The notes under the pieces are model-generated. The model was not told the origin of the DNA and did no database searches. It worked only from the letters and a program-made list of their open reading frames with translations. Positions 35,926 through 51,500 of a DNA stretch of 64,000 nt are shown piece after piece. This stretch comes from Antedon mediterranea (lineage: Eukaryota > Animalia > Echinodermata). How positions within the stretch are numbered: the first letter of the stretch is position 1; each line of letters opens with the position of its first letter. The DNA lies in the NCBI RefSeq assembly GCF_964355755.1, contig NC_092673.1, forward strand, positions 33,167,648 to 33,231,647, in the 5' to 3' direction. A program made the position numbers and the translations under genes.

Positions 35926-38900
35926 AACGTCGGATTATTTGTTGTGCTTGCTGCGAAGTTTATGTTTTAAATTTAGGCCTATATACATTTTATTTATTTA
36001 CAATTATCTTATAATAAGCTACTGTAAAAACAATTACATGATTTAATAATTACAATAGTAATAAAGAATATTTAAATAAGTTTTAATTATTTTATGTATT
36101 GATTGATTTCGGCCCAACGGCGATCAAATAATCGCTTACAGAATACTGAAACGCGCCTGTAAAATAAAACACCGCGACGAATACGTAATTTATTCTTAGT
36201 GTACTTGTAAAATAAAACGCCGCGATGGGTAAAAGCTAATGAGATTGAAATAAATTTAATAAAAAAAATATTGTATCCTTGTTTAAACACCGTTGACATT
36301 TGAATAAAGAACCGTTTGGGCCATTACCATAAACACACTCTAATGGGAAATTGAATTTCGGATAAACAACATAACACAATCTAACGTTTATCTATCAGTA
36401 ATGTTTTATTTGACTGTGACATAAATACTACGACGATACTTCTAAATATCGTGTGTTATCGAGTTAAATACTCGTACCTGGAATATGTAAAACACACCAC
36501 CGATGAATAATAGCGCGTATTATTTAAAACTATGATAAAGTGAAACAAATGTCATTAACCAACGAATCGAATATGACACCATTAAATATGAGTTTTATTG
36601 CACTGGATGTTTGTTAACAAGGTGGTAATCAGAGAATTTGGAGGGTCTAAAACGGGAGGTAGGCCTACACATAATTATTTCATACTATTGCAATATACAA
36701 TCTGGAAGATCTTAATATGAATAGGCCTATGATTAGTAATATTACACTGCAGATAACTCTATTGTACGCCCTTAGGGAACATTCTTTCGGTGTATTTCCC
36801 CCTTCACTGTCGCTCAAAATTCGCCTTAACTTCAATTCACAGCAGGTAGGAGTAGCCTATACTAAACTTATAGCTATAGAATAATATAATTATTTATACT
36901 TATCGTTAATACTGTTATGTTTAGCAATTATATGCATTCGATAATGTCACATGATTACATGTGACATATGTACCGTCGTTACTGTCACCAAATTAGTATC
37001 ACGCAATCAACATAAAGCGGAGTTTAATTAAAGTGATAATTAAGTAGGGGATTATTATTTATGTAGCGTTTAAGATGAACATGGTCTGTTAGTGACCAAG
37101 TTTTAATTGTATTATAGCCCTTTATAAATCGTTTTTGTAGGCCTAATCACATCATAATCACATATCATATTTCCTCATCATTTATCACGCTCATTTTCAT
37201 TACATCATCGTTTTATCCGATTCTGTCTCATTTGTGGTAAAAATATTTGACCTATGATACAGGCGTCACATGTGACACCAACACCGTATCTTCACAATTG
37301 TAACTTCACTATGGTAAATGTACACAGTATTATAGGAACAGTACCGATAATCGGATAATGATAATGTCATGAAAGTTACTGTGATTTGACGATAAAACGA
37401 TCGTATGATGAGGTTGATATTTTTATGAAAACAATATTTATACCAGCTATAATTATGAAAACAATTTATACCAGATAAATGGTGTTAATACTTAGCATAA
37501 TGTATCTTCTTAATCTAGTAATAAGGATACAGTAAATCGTTATTTATGAATTTGATGACGTGTATATAAGTTGACGTTTCGCGATTGCCTAACAAGTTCT
37601 TATGTATTCCGTGTGCACGGTATAACTTCACTTTTAACTATGGCATTTTAAGTAAATCGGCAAGAAAATGCCATAACCTTTTATAACAGATTAAAATTGT
37701 CAGAGCAACATTATTAGCATAGAGTGTATAGAGAATAAGGATTTAAAATACATAGAAAAGGAACACATTAGTATTGCATAGGGAGCAGTCACGGATTTAA
37801 AGTATATTAAAATGCTATAGCAAGTGTAGTACCACCGTATAAAGAGAAATAGATTTAAACACACAATAAGTACAACATTATGAGATTAAATATTTAAATT
37901 ATTTTGTTATGAATAAAAATATGACTTGTCATTTTTAGATGATGTTATATCACTACTATATTTGGGCATATTACTGCCATATTTAGGCACATAACACTGT
38001 TTTTGTCAAACTAGTTTGATAGTGTAGACAGAGCTTTAAAGACCACAATGTCCTTAATTAGAGGTAGATCTGTATTGTCAATTGACCTTAAAACCATCTA
38101 CAGTACAATCTGGAAGAAAGCATAGAATGGTGAATTGACAAAACTTTTAATTTGATGCACATTGCGACGACCAGTTTAGATTATTTCAGCAGGTAGATTA
38201 TCTTGAACCAACTATCTTGCATATCTTCAATAATCTTTTCAATTTTCATCGGTTCTTTCAAAGTTTCTGAGAGTTGTAATGAACTACAAGCGACCTTCAC
38301 AACACAACACACAACTGTGATTTAACAACGTTCTGATCTTTTTTAATAATCATTTTATCTTCTTTTTTAAAAATCACGGAATGATTTCCGAACCTAGTAA
38401 AAGTTTGTTGTTTTGAAGTATGAGTTGTTGACGTAGAGGCTCCATTTGTGTGACTCCTGGCTGCCTTGTGACCCTGTGCTGTATTGTGACCCCAGGCTGA
38501 ACTGTGACTTAAGGAAAAAAACCCTCTTCGTTGTTGCTCCTTGAAGATGATAAAAGCTGTGTCTTGGTAACGTTCGTGGATGAACTGTTTGTAGCTCGCA
38601 TCTACTTTATTTTTAGGCATTTATTTTTAATGTTTGCTTCATTTATTGTTCTGGAAAAGAATATTTTAAAAATAATAAATATAACTATAAATTAAAATTT
38701 TAAGAATCTAATCAATTCTAATCATTCTAACAAAATAACTTGTTGTACAGTATTCCTTATGTGAGATGGACTATTACGTAAAGATGAAATGAAAAAATGA
38801 AATGAAAAAAAGAAATGAAAAAAAAAGCAACAAAATATTTTTTTTTTAAATCCCTTTAAAAAGTCTGTATGAAAACCACTGCCATTATATGCATAGCACC

Positions 38901-39572
38901 ACACCTAACCTAACCAGTATGATTATTGGTTGGCAGCCAGCCGACGGGGAGAGAGACGCATGACAGGGCCACGAATGACTCGAGCCGAGTCTACACACTA
39001 TGAATGTTATGATTATGAACGATGCTCGCCTGCCTAGCCTAGCTTGCTAGGCATGTGCTGAGCTTGGTAACCTAGAAAGTAGTACATACAGTGCGTAAAC
39101 CGATATAATATTTATGTAATGTTTAAATAATATATCGCAACATGCTACAACGTACAATTCAGATGTAAACATTCTTTTTAATGAACAACCTTTTGCTTGA
39201 CATTTTGTAAACAAACAAAAACTCATGGCCAGTCATTGTACTAAATATTCATTAGGTCATATGCAAATTAACCATTTAATTCGACCTTTCCAAAATTGTA
39301 TATTTAATAGAACAATTAATACATTTAAAATTGTATTCCTTATATTTATAATTGTTTTTATTTTCGTTATTATAATTGTATTAAAATATGTATGTCTATT
39401 GAGTTTATTTAATTTAATTATTTTTTTACAATATCTTGAAAAACAAATTAATGTACAATGCAGGAAAAACTCCCAAAAACGACAAAGAGAGAATAGCAAG
39501 ATTTGGTAATCGCGAGACGGGCACGTAAAACGGGCTGCTCTCATCGCGCTAGCGCTCACACCGTGAGGCAAA

Positions 39573-42500
39573 ATGACGGAACCCTGGAAAGTTTGTAGAG
39601 ACTGGTTAATCGATTGTAAAGTTATTCAAAATGGAAACCGGCTAACACAATTCAATGCAGAAATATTCGATTTGGCTCAGCTATTACGAGATGGAGTGGT
39701 GTTATGCCAATTACTTAACATGATAAAACCGGGAACGGTGGACTTGCGTAGCATTTCGATTCGTCCTCAAATGTTCAAGGTACGGTAATGACAATCCGCC
39801 CAGCTGTGTGTGTGCGTTTAGTAGTAGGAATGGTGAACCCAGCCAGGCTTAGCCTTATTTCCTGGTTGGATTGTTGGATATTTTGTATGTAATATAACTA
39901 AAAAGGCTAAGTCAGTTCCAATAATTTGATATAGTAGGGTCTTGTTTAACATTTGAACTTTAAAATTAAAGTTGTTATTAAAATAATAATTTATAATGAC
40001 AATTAAAACTAAAAGAGATGATTTTAGGTACGTAAATATGTATGTATGCTATTATTAGGCTATACAGTAGGTCTATTATTAATGGGCCCTTAATTATTAA
40101 TCAGTATTAACTGTCTAAGTACGAATATTTAGTTTATTAGGTAGGCCTAGAGAGAGTTGTGGAATTTTAACTTTTAACCTTTTCTTTGCTGTGGCAGTGT
40201 TTTTCATCATAGATTAATTTCTATTTCTACCTAGCTAGGCAGTAGGCTATTATACATAACAAAACATAAACAGATACAAATTGTTATTATCCAGGGCCTT
40301 ATGTAAGGCGTTGCTACGTAATTTCTTTATTAAATGTCACTTATGATACATGTTATAAACCTAACCATGATCCATAAGAAGTTCTAACTTTTTATACATT
40401 TTGGAAATACGCTGAATGTTTTACAATTTTTAAGTAGTTTATATCAGGCTCTGCTTTTACCGATTTTTTCGAAAGCTTTTCCAACTTTCGTAAGTCCTTG
40501 ATTGACACTGAAGTTTTTAAGGTATTATCGTGAATAATGTTGCCGAACTTCCGGCAGCATAACAAAATTAAATTAAACTTCAGTTTGATAAAAAAAAAAC
40601 ATGTGCATACATTGTTTCGTTGTTACGCCGAACATCATCAGTGTAATGAAATACGGTCTTAGACGTTCTTGTATATATACCTTTATACAGGTGAGTATTT
40701 AAATATTCAGATTGATTTCTCATGCACATTTTTGGCAGAGCATAGAAAAAAAAATCTCTGTTTTACTATAGTACTATAGTTTTATACACCTTTTTTTTTG
40801 TGATGGGTGTTAAATAAAGCTCTGTTTTCTTGAAAAAAAAGTAGAGATATTTAAAAACCAGCATTATTATATTTTAGTATGTTGGTTAAGAAAAATAATG
40901 ATGGTGATAATAAACAAATTTGCAATTAGGCAATTTTAATAGGAATTCATTTTTATTAAATTTGTAGGTTACAAGGTTTGAATGGGATTTCCATTTACAG
41001 CTTCCTGTTACGGGAACCTATGTTCATATAGAATAAATAAATATGATCTTTTAATGTCTAGTGTCTGGTTGCAATTTCACTGTACAATAAATTCAGGCCT
41101 AGTACTGTACTGTACGCAGTACCAATGTTTCATAAAAGTCATATGATTGTCCAAGACAACTAAAGTTGTGTAGAAGAGTAAAATATTTTTATAAAGTTAC
41201 CACGCCAAGGATATTTTTGTGGAATTGAGATCAAAATTAACTTGTACCAGACCCGCTCCTGTTCAAAGTTTTCTGCCAAAATATTATATATCGTACCTAG
41301 TTTGTTTTTGTGTACACAAAAATATAGATTATGATTATTGATAGCGTAATTCTTTCTCCATGGAATATAGTGAGACTAGTTTTTGGCAAAAATCATAACA
41401 ATATAGGGATAGGGATAAAACTTTACTGGTAATTTTTAAGTCCAAAGAATGGTTTTTTAGGGTACTGTATGACAAAATGGTACAACCCAACTTTAATGGC
41501 CTTGTCCAATGCATGCAATTTACGAATTTCCCAATTTACACCCACACTCGTCTACATTGACAATTCTCATTTCCCCCAACTGGAAATGATTCTGTCATTG
41601 CACTTGTGTCCAAAACCAATTTGGTTTGTGTAATCTGTTTCTACATTGAATTATGACTTATTTCTCTGAAACCTGATTGTCTTTTCTGTCATTAAGTGTG
41701 GTGATTTGATATTTTGTAGGTTGAAAAGAAAAATATGTTTGGATGTTATTGTAAAAGTATTAAAGGATTTCCTCTATCTTTGGTCTGCCAACTTTAGACT
41801 TTATTCTAAATGTATTCAATTAACTCTTTACACTTATCTAATGTAATGCATTGCAGATAATCAGATAAACCTGTCAACCATGGTCTTACTACTGTACAGT
41901 CTTGTCAAAGATATTTGCTTGTTTTCCCAAAATCTTGGAATTTTTCTCTGATTGATTTTTTTGCTTTTCTTTTAATCATTAAATTGCTATTCTGTTCCAG
42001 CCACTGTCAACCCACATCATTTCTGTTGATTATTAAAATTCAACCATTTGAAATATTTTAGTGTTCCACTGCACCGACTTTAAATAACACCCCAATTTGG
42101 TTGCGTCGGACGCGCCAAGAATTCGTCAGGAGTGCGGCCTGAATACAGTACGTCCAATTTGTGGACGTGTCCGATGCTTTTTAGACTGTACTACAGAAAT
42201 CCATTTGCTATTGTTTATGGCGAACTAATTAATATTATGAAAAATTTTCCAGAATAAAAATTTCAGGAAAATACAATTTTTTTTTTATAGCTAGGATTTG
42301 TTTCTTTCATTTATTTATAGTGTGAATAGTGAAAGAATTAAATGCTTTTGAGGTTTGACTATCAAACTAATTTATATCAAAATAAAAACAAAAATGTCTT
42401 TCTATTTAGGTCAATTTTTATGTATCCAAAGTAGTAAATTGATCGGATGGTTTGTCCGAACAAAATTGTTACTTTATACTAAGAGTAAATACGCAAAAAT

Positions 42501-45500
42501 TCACAAGTAATTCTCGGGTGGGGCTTGAACCCCTAACCTCCAGATTACTAGCCTGGCATTCATACCTCTAGACCACCGAGCAAAGTATAATATACAAATG
42601 TTCCATGATTCATAAAAAAAAAAACCATTTTATTTTTAAAAGCTAAAATTTGAAACTATGGCATTTTAGCTTAAGGTCTTTGCTTTACCAGTTTTACTGA
42701 TTTCTTTTTTGTTGTTGAGAATTAAAATGTAATTTATTATTTTATTATTTTATCCACATCCAACAGTGAACAATTCAGTAATTGAATACTGGATGATTGT
42801 TAGTAATAACCCAATTGGTGTCATGTACAATATTGGTTACAATTACATCATTGGGGGTTTTTTTACCATGTACAGAAATAGAAACATGACCAGGAAACTT
42901 AGAATAAATCAATTTAGAATAGACCTGCTATTGATGATATATTTTGTACTACTCAAATAAATATAAGTAAACAGTCCATTCTTTAGTAATTTGTGTTGTA
43001 TTGAAATTAATTGTTGACTTGTTCTTCTCCTTGGTTTGGTTTGTAAACCGAGTTCTTTTAAAGTCACTGAACCATTTAGAAATATGAATTGACATTATTT
43101 TTGGTGTTTTTTTTCATATACTTTAATAATATGAATGTGTATTCTTTTGTATAAATTTCAGTCAACGATCTAATTTTTAGATCATGGCGGGATTTCAGTA
43201 GATAAATTAAAAAAATAAAATTTTAAAAAGGAATAATATAAGACCTGATAAATTGATTGATAACTTTATTGTACAACATGCATTCATGAAATTTCAAAAG
43301 GATTGTATGAAACCTTGTATACTGGTGGCATACAGTAGGTCCCTGGTTTAGCACTCCTATCCTAAGGGGCTCTCTAACGCTGGGTAGTTGCAGTGGGCTG
43401 TTCATACTGTGGGGCCAGCCTCAAACTCTGGGGCCCCTGGGTTTAGTCGGTAAGCGCTCATTAGCCGTTATGCCACTGTAATGTACACTATCTACAGTAC
43501 ATTTCAACTTTAAGATGCAAACATCATTATGATGATGATGTTGTCTTTAAAAGCCAATCCATTTTTTAATTTATAGACTGAATGTTTTGTTAATTGATGT
43601 TGTCATTCTTGTGTTCTAATGAGCCTTGATTATAAACAATGAATAAACTGTGAATAGTACATGTTCTGCTAGACAATCTAATCAGGCAAGTTGCTATAAC
43701 CATGGAGGTATATACCTCCATGCTATAACTGTAACGGAAGTGTAACACTTTCAGATGCATTAGATGAATTATTAAATAAGTCAACTAATTGTTAATTTAT
43801 ACTGACTGATGTTTTTTTAATTGATAATTGTCATTCCTGTGTTCTAATGAGCCTTGATTACTGTATAAACAACGACAAACTGTGCACAGTTGCACAACTG
43901 AACTTTTATGGTATCTCTTTTGAATCAGAGGCAAGTTTACACTGAATAATAAAAACAAATTTGACATAAGAACAATTTACACAAGATTAAAGTAAACTGA
44001 GAAAGATCATAGAGTTCACTATAATATCTCTATGGAAAGATTAAAAACTAAGAAATGTACAAGTTTGAGAAGGAATTGTATTATATATCATTTCGTGTGT
44101 TCCATGCCATGGTCAGAAATATTTTACAATGTTTGTCAAAAATATTACTTGCTAATTCGTATTTATCAATCATGGGTTAATTGAGTTAGTGTAATTTTGA
44201 ATTCATTATGGATTTCAAGGTCATCAAAGAATAAGTGGTATTTAAGATTAGTACTGTAGTAAACAATTCCCAGAACATGGATAGATTATTGTTGTTTAGT
44301 TCAGTAAATAGTACATGTTTTGGTCATGGAGTAATAATGATCAGTCAGTGGTATAGTACTGTAGGCAATCACTATCAGGCAAGTTGTTATTGTAAGTAAG
44401 TGTAAATAGAAATATTAATATAAATTATAAAAGTTTCAGATGATTTAAATAGATAGAATATTAAATAAGTAAATTTTTTAGGTCAGTTTTGATTTTAAAG
44501 ATAATGTATAAACTTTCGTCACACTGACCTAAAAAAAAAGATTGTTTTTTTTTTTTATGTTCAACAATTTTAAGCATGTTGATCATAAAGAGCATTCCCG
44601 CAGCCATATGTTCATAAAACCGTTGTTGACAATAGTCTGGTGACCACAGTATTATTAAGTCTTGGATAAAACTCTATGCTGGGGATTTCCCCTTCAGGTT
44701 ATTTGTACACACTTCACATTCCATTAAATTGGTTGTGTATAAGATAAGTCAACCAGGAAATAATAATATTCTGTATCTTCTTTGTATATTATAATTATAA
44801 CATCATTGAATGATATCAATTTTATTTTATTGTAATCTGTTCTGTCCCTGGATAGACCCAGTTATTTATTTTTATCTTGTGACATTGAGTTTATGAAACA
44901 GGACAGTAAAGGCCAACTCAGACAGCCTCTTAGGATGAGGCGTACTGTAGTTTTTAGGTGGTCAGGAGAACTTTAAACATGTTTAATTTTCTCCTGACGA
45001 CGATCTGTGGAGGCCTTGTCGTACGACGCTGTCTGAGTTGGCCTATAGCAGACAGTTGTTATTTGAACACGTCATGCTAAAAGCATAATGCACATGATGA
45101 CTTTTGGACTCAATAGTTGCATAGTCGCTTACCTTGTGTTGAAAAAAAAATTATTAGGGGCTTTCGGTAAACAACCGACGGCAACCTGACTACTGTACAG
45201 TTGTTCAAATCAGTTCATCGTGTACATGCTGGGAAGTTAGGACATGTTTATTCGAATTTAAGTCTAGATGACGGCCGACAACAAATAACAATGCAGATTA
45301 ATTTAGTATTGTTTTTTTTTAATTTATAGTTTTCGTGTACAAAAAACATCAACGTGTTCCTGCAGGCTTGTGCAACAACCTTTAAATTGTCACAGAGCCA
45401 ACTGTTTGCAGCCGATTCCTTGTACGACGTCTCTGACTTTGAAGCTGTGAGTATTCTCTAGTCTTGCGTTATTTATTTCTTAAGGCAGCTTCCAAGAATT

Positions 45501-48500
45501 GAGTTCCATATGGTATTCAAGAATCTCTATGGGAAAAATAATTGTTTTTTTAATTTTTTGAGGAATTAAAAAACAATATTCAATATGCATTAAAATAATC
45601 AAAGGATAATTTTACCGAAAAGAAGTACAGTAGCTTGTGATATTGTAAGTAATGCTGAAAAATGTTAGTCGTAAGGGTGGAAAATGATATAATATTTCAA
45701 ACACTGGTCCCTTTTCTGTGTATATTCAAATCCAATAAGAACTCTCACTTGACACAAAATGACAATTGTTTTATATTAAAATGTCAATTTCACTCTCTAT
45801 TAAACAGTATAAATATCATATATTTAATTTTATTAATAGCTTTTGTTTTTTTTTGTTAAATTGTTTCAGGTTATTCGAACATTATCATACTTATCAAAGA
45901 CCCCGGAGTCATGTGCAATTGCAAAACCGTAAGTAACTTATTGTACAGCAACAACATTGATTCTAAATGTAAATTGTCATCACATACCAGGTGTTAAGAA
46001 GAGACAGCCAATCATTATTTAAATTGTTACAATATTTCAACAGAACAGACATTTCATTATACTAGTGTAGTTAGATGGATATAAAGTAAGATAGGTCATA
46101 GATCGCAAACTGAACTGAAGTTCAGTGTATTCTTGACACAACTATTCATTTAAATTATAATGTCCCGTAGTTTGATTTCGCAAATTCCCAGAAAACTTAA
46201 ATAATCGTTTTGTTCTACAACATTCAAATGATTCATCTCACAACATTTCGAGGAAAAATTATTTTAATCTTGTTATTTGTAATTCTGTCATTAAATCAGA
46301 ACTAAACAAGAAAGGGTACAGTACATATGATTGAATGCAAAAAAACTTATTTCATTTCTAGTCCATCTTACAACTTAAAGCATTTTGGGCATGAATTCGA
46401 ATGCCAGCTCTTTAGTATACAAATATTGACATTTTTTAGTCGAATATGGAGAAGGATAGGCCTTGTAAAAAGGCAGTCAAAATGTTCACAACAAAACTGA
46501 ACAATGGCAATTAAATGAACATAACTTTTGTATGATAAAATGTGAGAAAATGAAGCCAAAGCCTCTCCTCTCCCTTTTGCCTGATGTGCCATTTTCAACT
46601 AAAGACCAGAAGCTTAAGTAATAGTATATAAGCCTATACTACTGTAGCCTTATGATTGTTAGCTCTTTTGTGGAAACACGACCTTAAATGCAATGCATGT
46701 CAAAATATGTTAGCACTTTAGGCAGTGTGTCGTTATAAACTAATACTTTCAAATGTAGTTCACTTTCTATGATTAATCTATACTATATGTTTTTGGAAGC
46801 TTTAAAAAAAACAGAAAACTGGTTTTGCTCTTGATTTAGTTTTCTAATAATACAGCAACTAAATACCACTACTAGCTACAGGCAGATTGTAGCAAGTTGT
46901 ACTCTTAATTTCTAAAATTTGATCTTAACTTCTCTGTTTTGTTTGAAGATTTGAACTTGAAGAACAAAAGTATGAAGACGAAGACATATATAAAAACCTG
47001 GAGGACTTGGCTGAGTAAGTTTTTTATTTATAAGAAAAAAAAGAAATTAATGTATGTTTATAAGATTTATGTATACCATTATTCAGCCATGCTTACTGCA
47101 GGAGAATAATTTAGAGCTTTTTAGGCCTACAGTAATACTGGGTAGAAAAATGATGACTCATTGGTATATTTTAAGTTCTAGTTTTAATGCCTCTTCATGA
47201 CCACCAAGCAGTGATTGTTCCACCCACTCCTTAAGAACTTGGCACCCTACCTGAAACCAGAGTCAACTGGCAGCAATAATAGAAACTTTTAGATTTGAGT
47301 GAATGTGAACAAAGTTCACGTCCACATGTGCATATCATGAAAATGATGTCATAGGGTAGCAGTTGACGTAAAAATTTAAAAGTCTCTAATAGCACATTTT
47401 CACCCAGTACTGTGATCTCACCCACTCTTATCAACTTGGCACCCACCCTAAAAGCAAACATGTACAAGTGTGCGAGTCATCAGGCAGTAATAGGACTTAC
47501 TGTATATTTATTGTTTAATTTGTACACCCAGTTTAAAGGCTTCATAACTACCAGTACTGTGATCTTCCACCCATTCTTAAGAACTTGACATTCCCCCTAA
47601 CACCTGGCATACACAACTGTACGTCAGCAGGCTGCAGTAATAGCACTTACTCGTTGCTATAGCTTGGAGTTTCTTCATAAAACCACACAAATACTGTGAT
47701 CTTACCCATTCTTAACAACTTGGCACCCTCTCAGGCACACAAAACTGTGAGTCCATCCATCCATTTCTAGCTGCTACCTTCTATGTGCATCTAGCTTAAG
47801 ACTTCTATATCTGTATCATTACTTGATGCGTATATAAATATTTGTCTAAATTTTATCCTTGCAGTAACCATGACGTCGCTGATGAAATCTATGAAACGAT
47901 GGACCAGGATGACGACAATGAAGGCATTTATGATGATTTGGTGACGCTAAGAGAAAGATTAAAACCAGAACAAGAAGTAAATGATAATTTTAAAAAAAAA
48001 ATGCAGTAGAACTCCTCCATTGGGAGGAGACACCCCTAAGGGACACTTTGCAATGAAACAAATTGGGACACACCTATCCAGGAGACACCCCTATTAAGGG
48101 ACACTTTGCAATGAAACAAATGAGGGGACACTCCTATCCAGGAGACACCCCTAAGGGACACTTTGCAATGAAACAAATGAGGGACACACCTATCCAGGAG
48201 ACACCCCTAAGGGACACTTTGCAATGAAACAAATGAGGGGACACTCCTATCCAGGAGACACCCCTAAGGGACACTTTGCAATGAAACAAATGAGGGACAC
48301 ACCTATCCAGGAGACACCCCTAAGGGACACTTTGCAATGAAACAAATTGGGACACTCCTATCCAGGAGACACCCCTAAGGGACACTTTGCAATGAAACAA
48401 ATGAGGGAAATAAATGCTTTAATTCTACTGTATAGTGTACTACAAGAAAATGTGTCTATATTGTGCCTGCTTACCTGGAGAAACCGACATTAGCCCTTTC

Positions 48501-51500
48501 CCCATACTGGTGGGGACAATTGCGAAAAGAAGAATTAATTTAGTGGAACACCCCTAACTTATAATGATAATGTATTGAAGGCGAGATGAATATGATGTGA
48601 TATGATTTTGTCTCTTTTTTTTTTTTATTTAGAAAACAAAATTGACTCCACTAGACAAACGAAAATATTGCGTAGATGAAATCGTTGATACAGAAGAAAG
48701 ATACGTTGATGCCTTAGGAAACCTCGTTAGCGTAAGACATTTTTTTAAACATTGTAGCATTTTATCAAACAACTAAAATTTCAAATAGTATTATTATTAT
48801 TATACAGTATTATTGTAATTAGTGATCCTGTATCTTGCTATGTAAAGCAGGTGGTGTACTTACATATACAGGTGGTAAATTTGCATACTGTACTGTTAAT
48901 AATCTGGTGAATTCCATAGTGTAACACCATTTTAATTTCCATTTTTCTGCAGAAATTCATCAGGCCTTTAAGTTCAGTTTTAACAAAGGATGACAAGAAA
49001 AAGATATTTATGAACATAGAGGTAAAGCTATTATTTTGCATATTTATGAGGTTCTTGAATGCTAGTTGAGATGCATTTGCATATATGAGGATGTAAATAG
49101 GTGGTGCGTTTAAAAACAAGCAATCAGATAGTTAGTGCATTTACATACTATCAATTTGGTAGGACATTTGCATATCAGAATGTAAGCAGGTGGTGAATTT
49201 AAAAATAGACAGTGCATTTGCATAAATAGAATGTAAGCAGATGGTGCACTTAAATATAATGTACTCAGGTGGTGGATTACATAGTACCAATATGTTAGTT
49301 GATTGATTAGTTGATTTGAATTTAAGCAGGTGGTGAATTAACAAAACAGACAGTACATTTGCATATCAGGTGTTGTGTTTAAAGCAATAGATAATATTAA
49401 TTTATTTCTTTTTTCATTCTTTTCTCAGGATCTTCACAGTCGGCACTTAAAGTTTTCAAAAGAATTAAGTAGGTCACGGGACAATGGAACGGTTAACATG
49501 AGCGACATCTTTATCAAGCACAAAGGACAGTTCCTCATCTACGGTTTCTATTGCTCGTTTCTAACAAACGCACAGCGCCACATTGACGAAGTTTGTAAAA
49601 ATGTCAATGTCGTCAAAAAGATTGAGGTAATGTTTAATTATACTATATAAGCTTTAAAAGACTTTGAAACCATGTGAAATGACACTTTAATTGTATAGAG
49701 ATTTTGTTTTCCTGTTATTAGTCAAAATTGGAAAATCTTCCAACTACCCATCAAGAAAATGTGCCATATTTAAGGAAGGGGGGGGGGGGGCACCCTAAAG
49801 AAGGAGGGGGGACCCTAAAGAAGGAGGGGGGGGGGGTCCCCTAAAGAAGTTGGGGTCCCCTAAAGAAGTTGGGGTCCCCTAAAGAAGAAGAAGGGGGCGC
49901 CCAAAAGAAGGAGGGGGAGCCCAAAAGAAGGATGGGGAGCCCAAAAGAAGGATGGGGAGCCCAAAAGAAGGAGGAGGTGGGTGGGGTCAAAAGAAGAAGG
50001 AGGTGGGTGGGGCCAAAAGAAGAAGGAGGGGGAGACCAAAAGAGTAGAGCCATAGGAGGAAGGTTGGGGTTGATGGTGGGTTACTATTGTAATAGCAGTC
50101 CCACGTATAACTAATATTTTAACAAGTTATTGTAATGGTAGTATTAAATTATTAACAGAATTTTTTCTTTCATACAGGAATGCCAGATGAAGTACAATGA
50201 GAATAAATTTTCATTACGCGACTTACTTAATGTTCCTATGCAAAGAATACTTAAATACCACTTACTTCTTCGGGTAAGTTTATTAGTTATCCGCATTCAG
50301 CGGATAACTCCTTGTAGTTGTATGAAATCATCTTTTTTTTTTTCTTTATTAGTTATCCGCATTCAGCGGATAACTCCTTGTAACTGTACGAAATCATCTT
50401 TTTTTTTCTTTTTCTTTCTGTATTATTCTTTCTTTGTGTCTCGCGTACCTCTAAAACGTGCTAACGTAACATTTTATAACTTTGTCAACATGTGGGCATT
50501 TACGTTAAATAGTGCACCTCCTATTGTGAATGACGTTAGAGTTGCGCAACGTGATTTACACGCGATTTAACAATTTTCTCGTATTTAACATAGGTCAAAA
50601 ACCAAATGACATTTTAAATTGAAACTTTGCAAAAGTTTAATTTATATCAGACGCTAACTTTCTGTTGAAAAAAAATTGCGTGTTTTACACAAAGTTACGC
50701 GCGCACGCGCATTTAAAATTTCAAAATGCGTAAAATTAACTTCTAATCAACTTTCTACGCGTTTCTTGTCATTTTGAGCATGTCAAAAATTCCCACACGC
50801 ACGTAGCGTTAAAACATACTTTTTTCGCGTGATTTATGTTTTTCCAGCCTTTTCTAGTAATTTTACCAACTTTTAAACAATTTCGACTTAAAATTACGTC
50901 ATACGAGCATGTCGAATTGGATAATTTGCGCACGTTTTTGATGAAAAAGTTCAAAAATTCGTCAAAATTATACCTTTTTTTAAACAGTCGTAGTTTCTGA
51001 ACTAAACGGTTAAAATTATTGTTATTACATATTCTGGAAGTTGATGTGTTGTAGATATCGGATCATACATTACCGAACATTGTGACATCATCGTATGGCC
51101 ATCTGAATATAAAATATAGGATTTTTGTATCTTTCGTCATAGCTCCTCACATTTAATAGAGTGTATCTCCACTTATCCGTATTCCATTTTCTCTGAGATT
51201 TTTATATTATCTAGGTCAATCATCTATCTTTTGCATGTGTTAAAAATATTTTAATTTTTATGACGTCATCATGTCTAAAAATGAAAATAACGTGGGTCAC
51301 TTATTTTCATCTTTACAGTAAATTTCAATCTGTTATAGCTCGTCAGAATAAAACATGATCATCATGATTAAAACATTTTCTGGAAGCTATTGGATTGTAG
51401 ATACGAATTCATGTAAACATTTGCCAATCGGATGTTGTGACGTCATCATATGGCCAGTTGAATAAAAAAAGTCGTATTTTCATATTTTGCGTAATAGTTC

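Noticed and set aside
49841-50114. Pro-rich and Gly/Lys/Glu-rich ORFs
   Set aside because: Translations of a purine-rich minisatellite.
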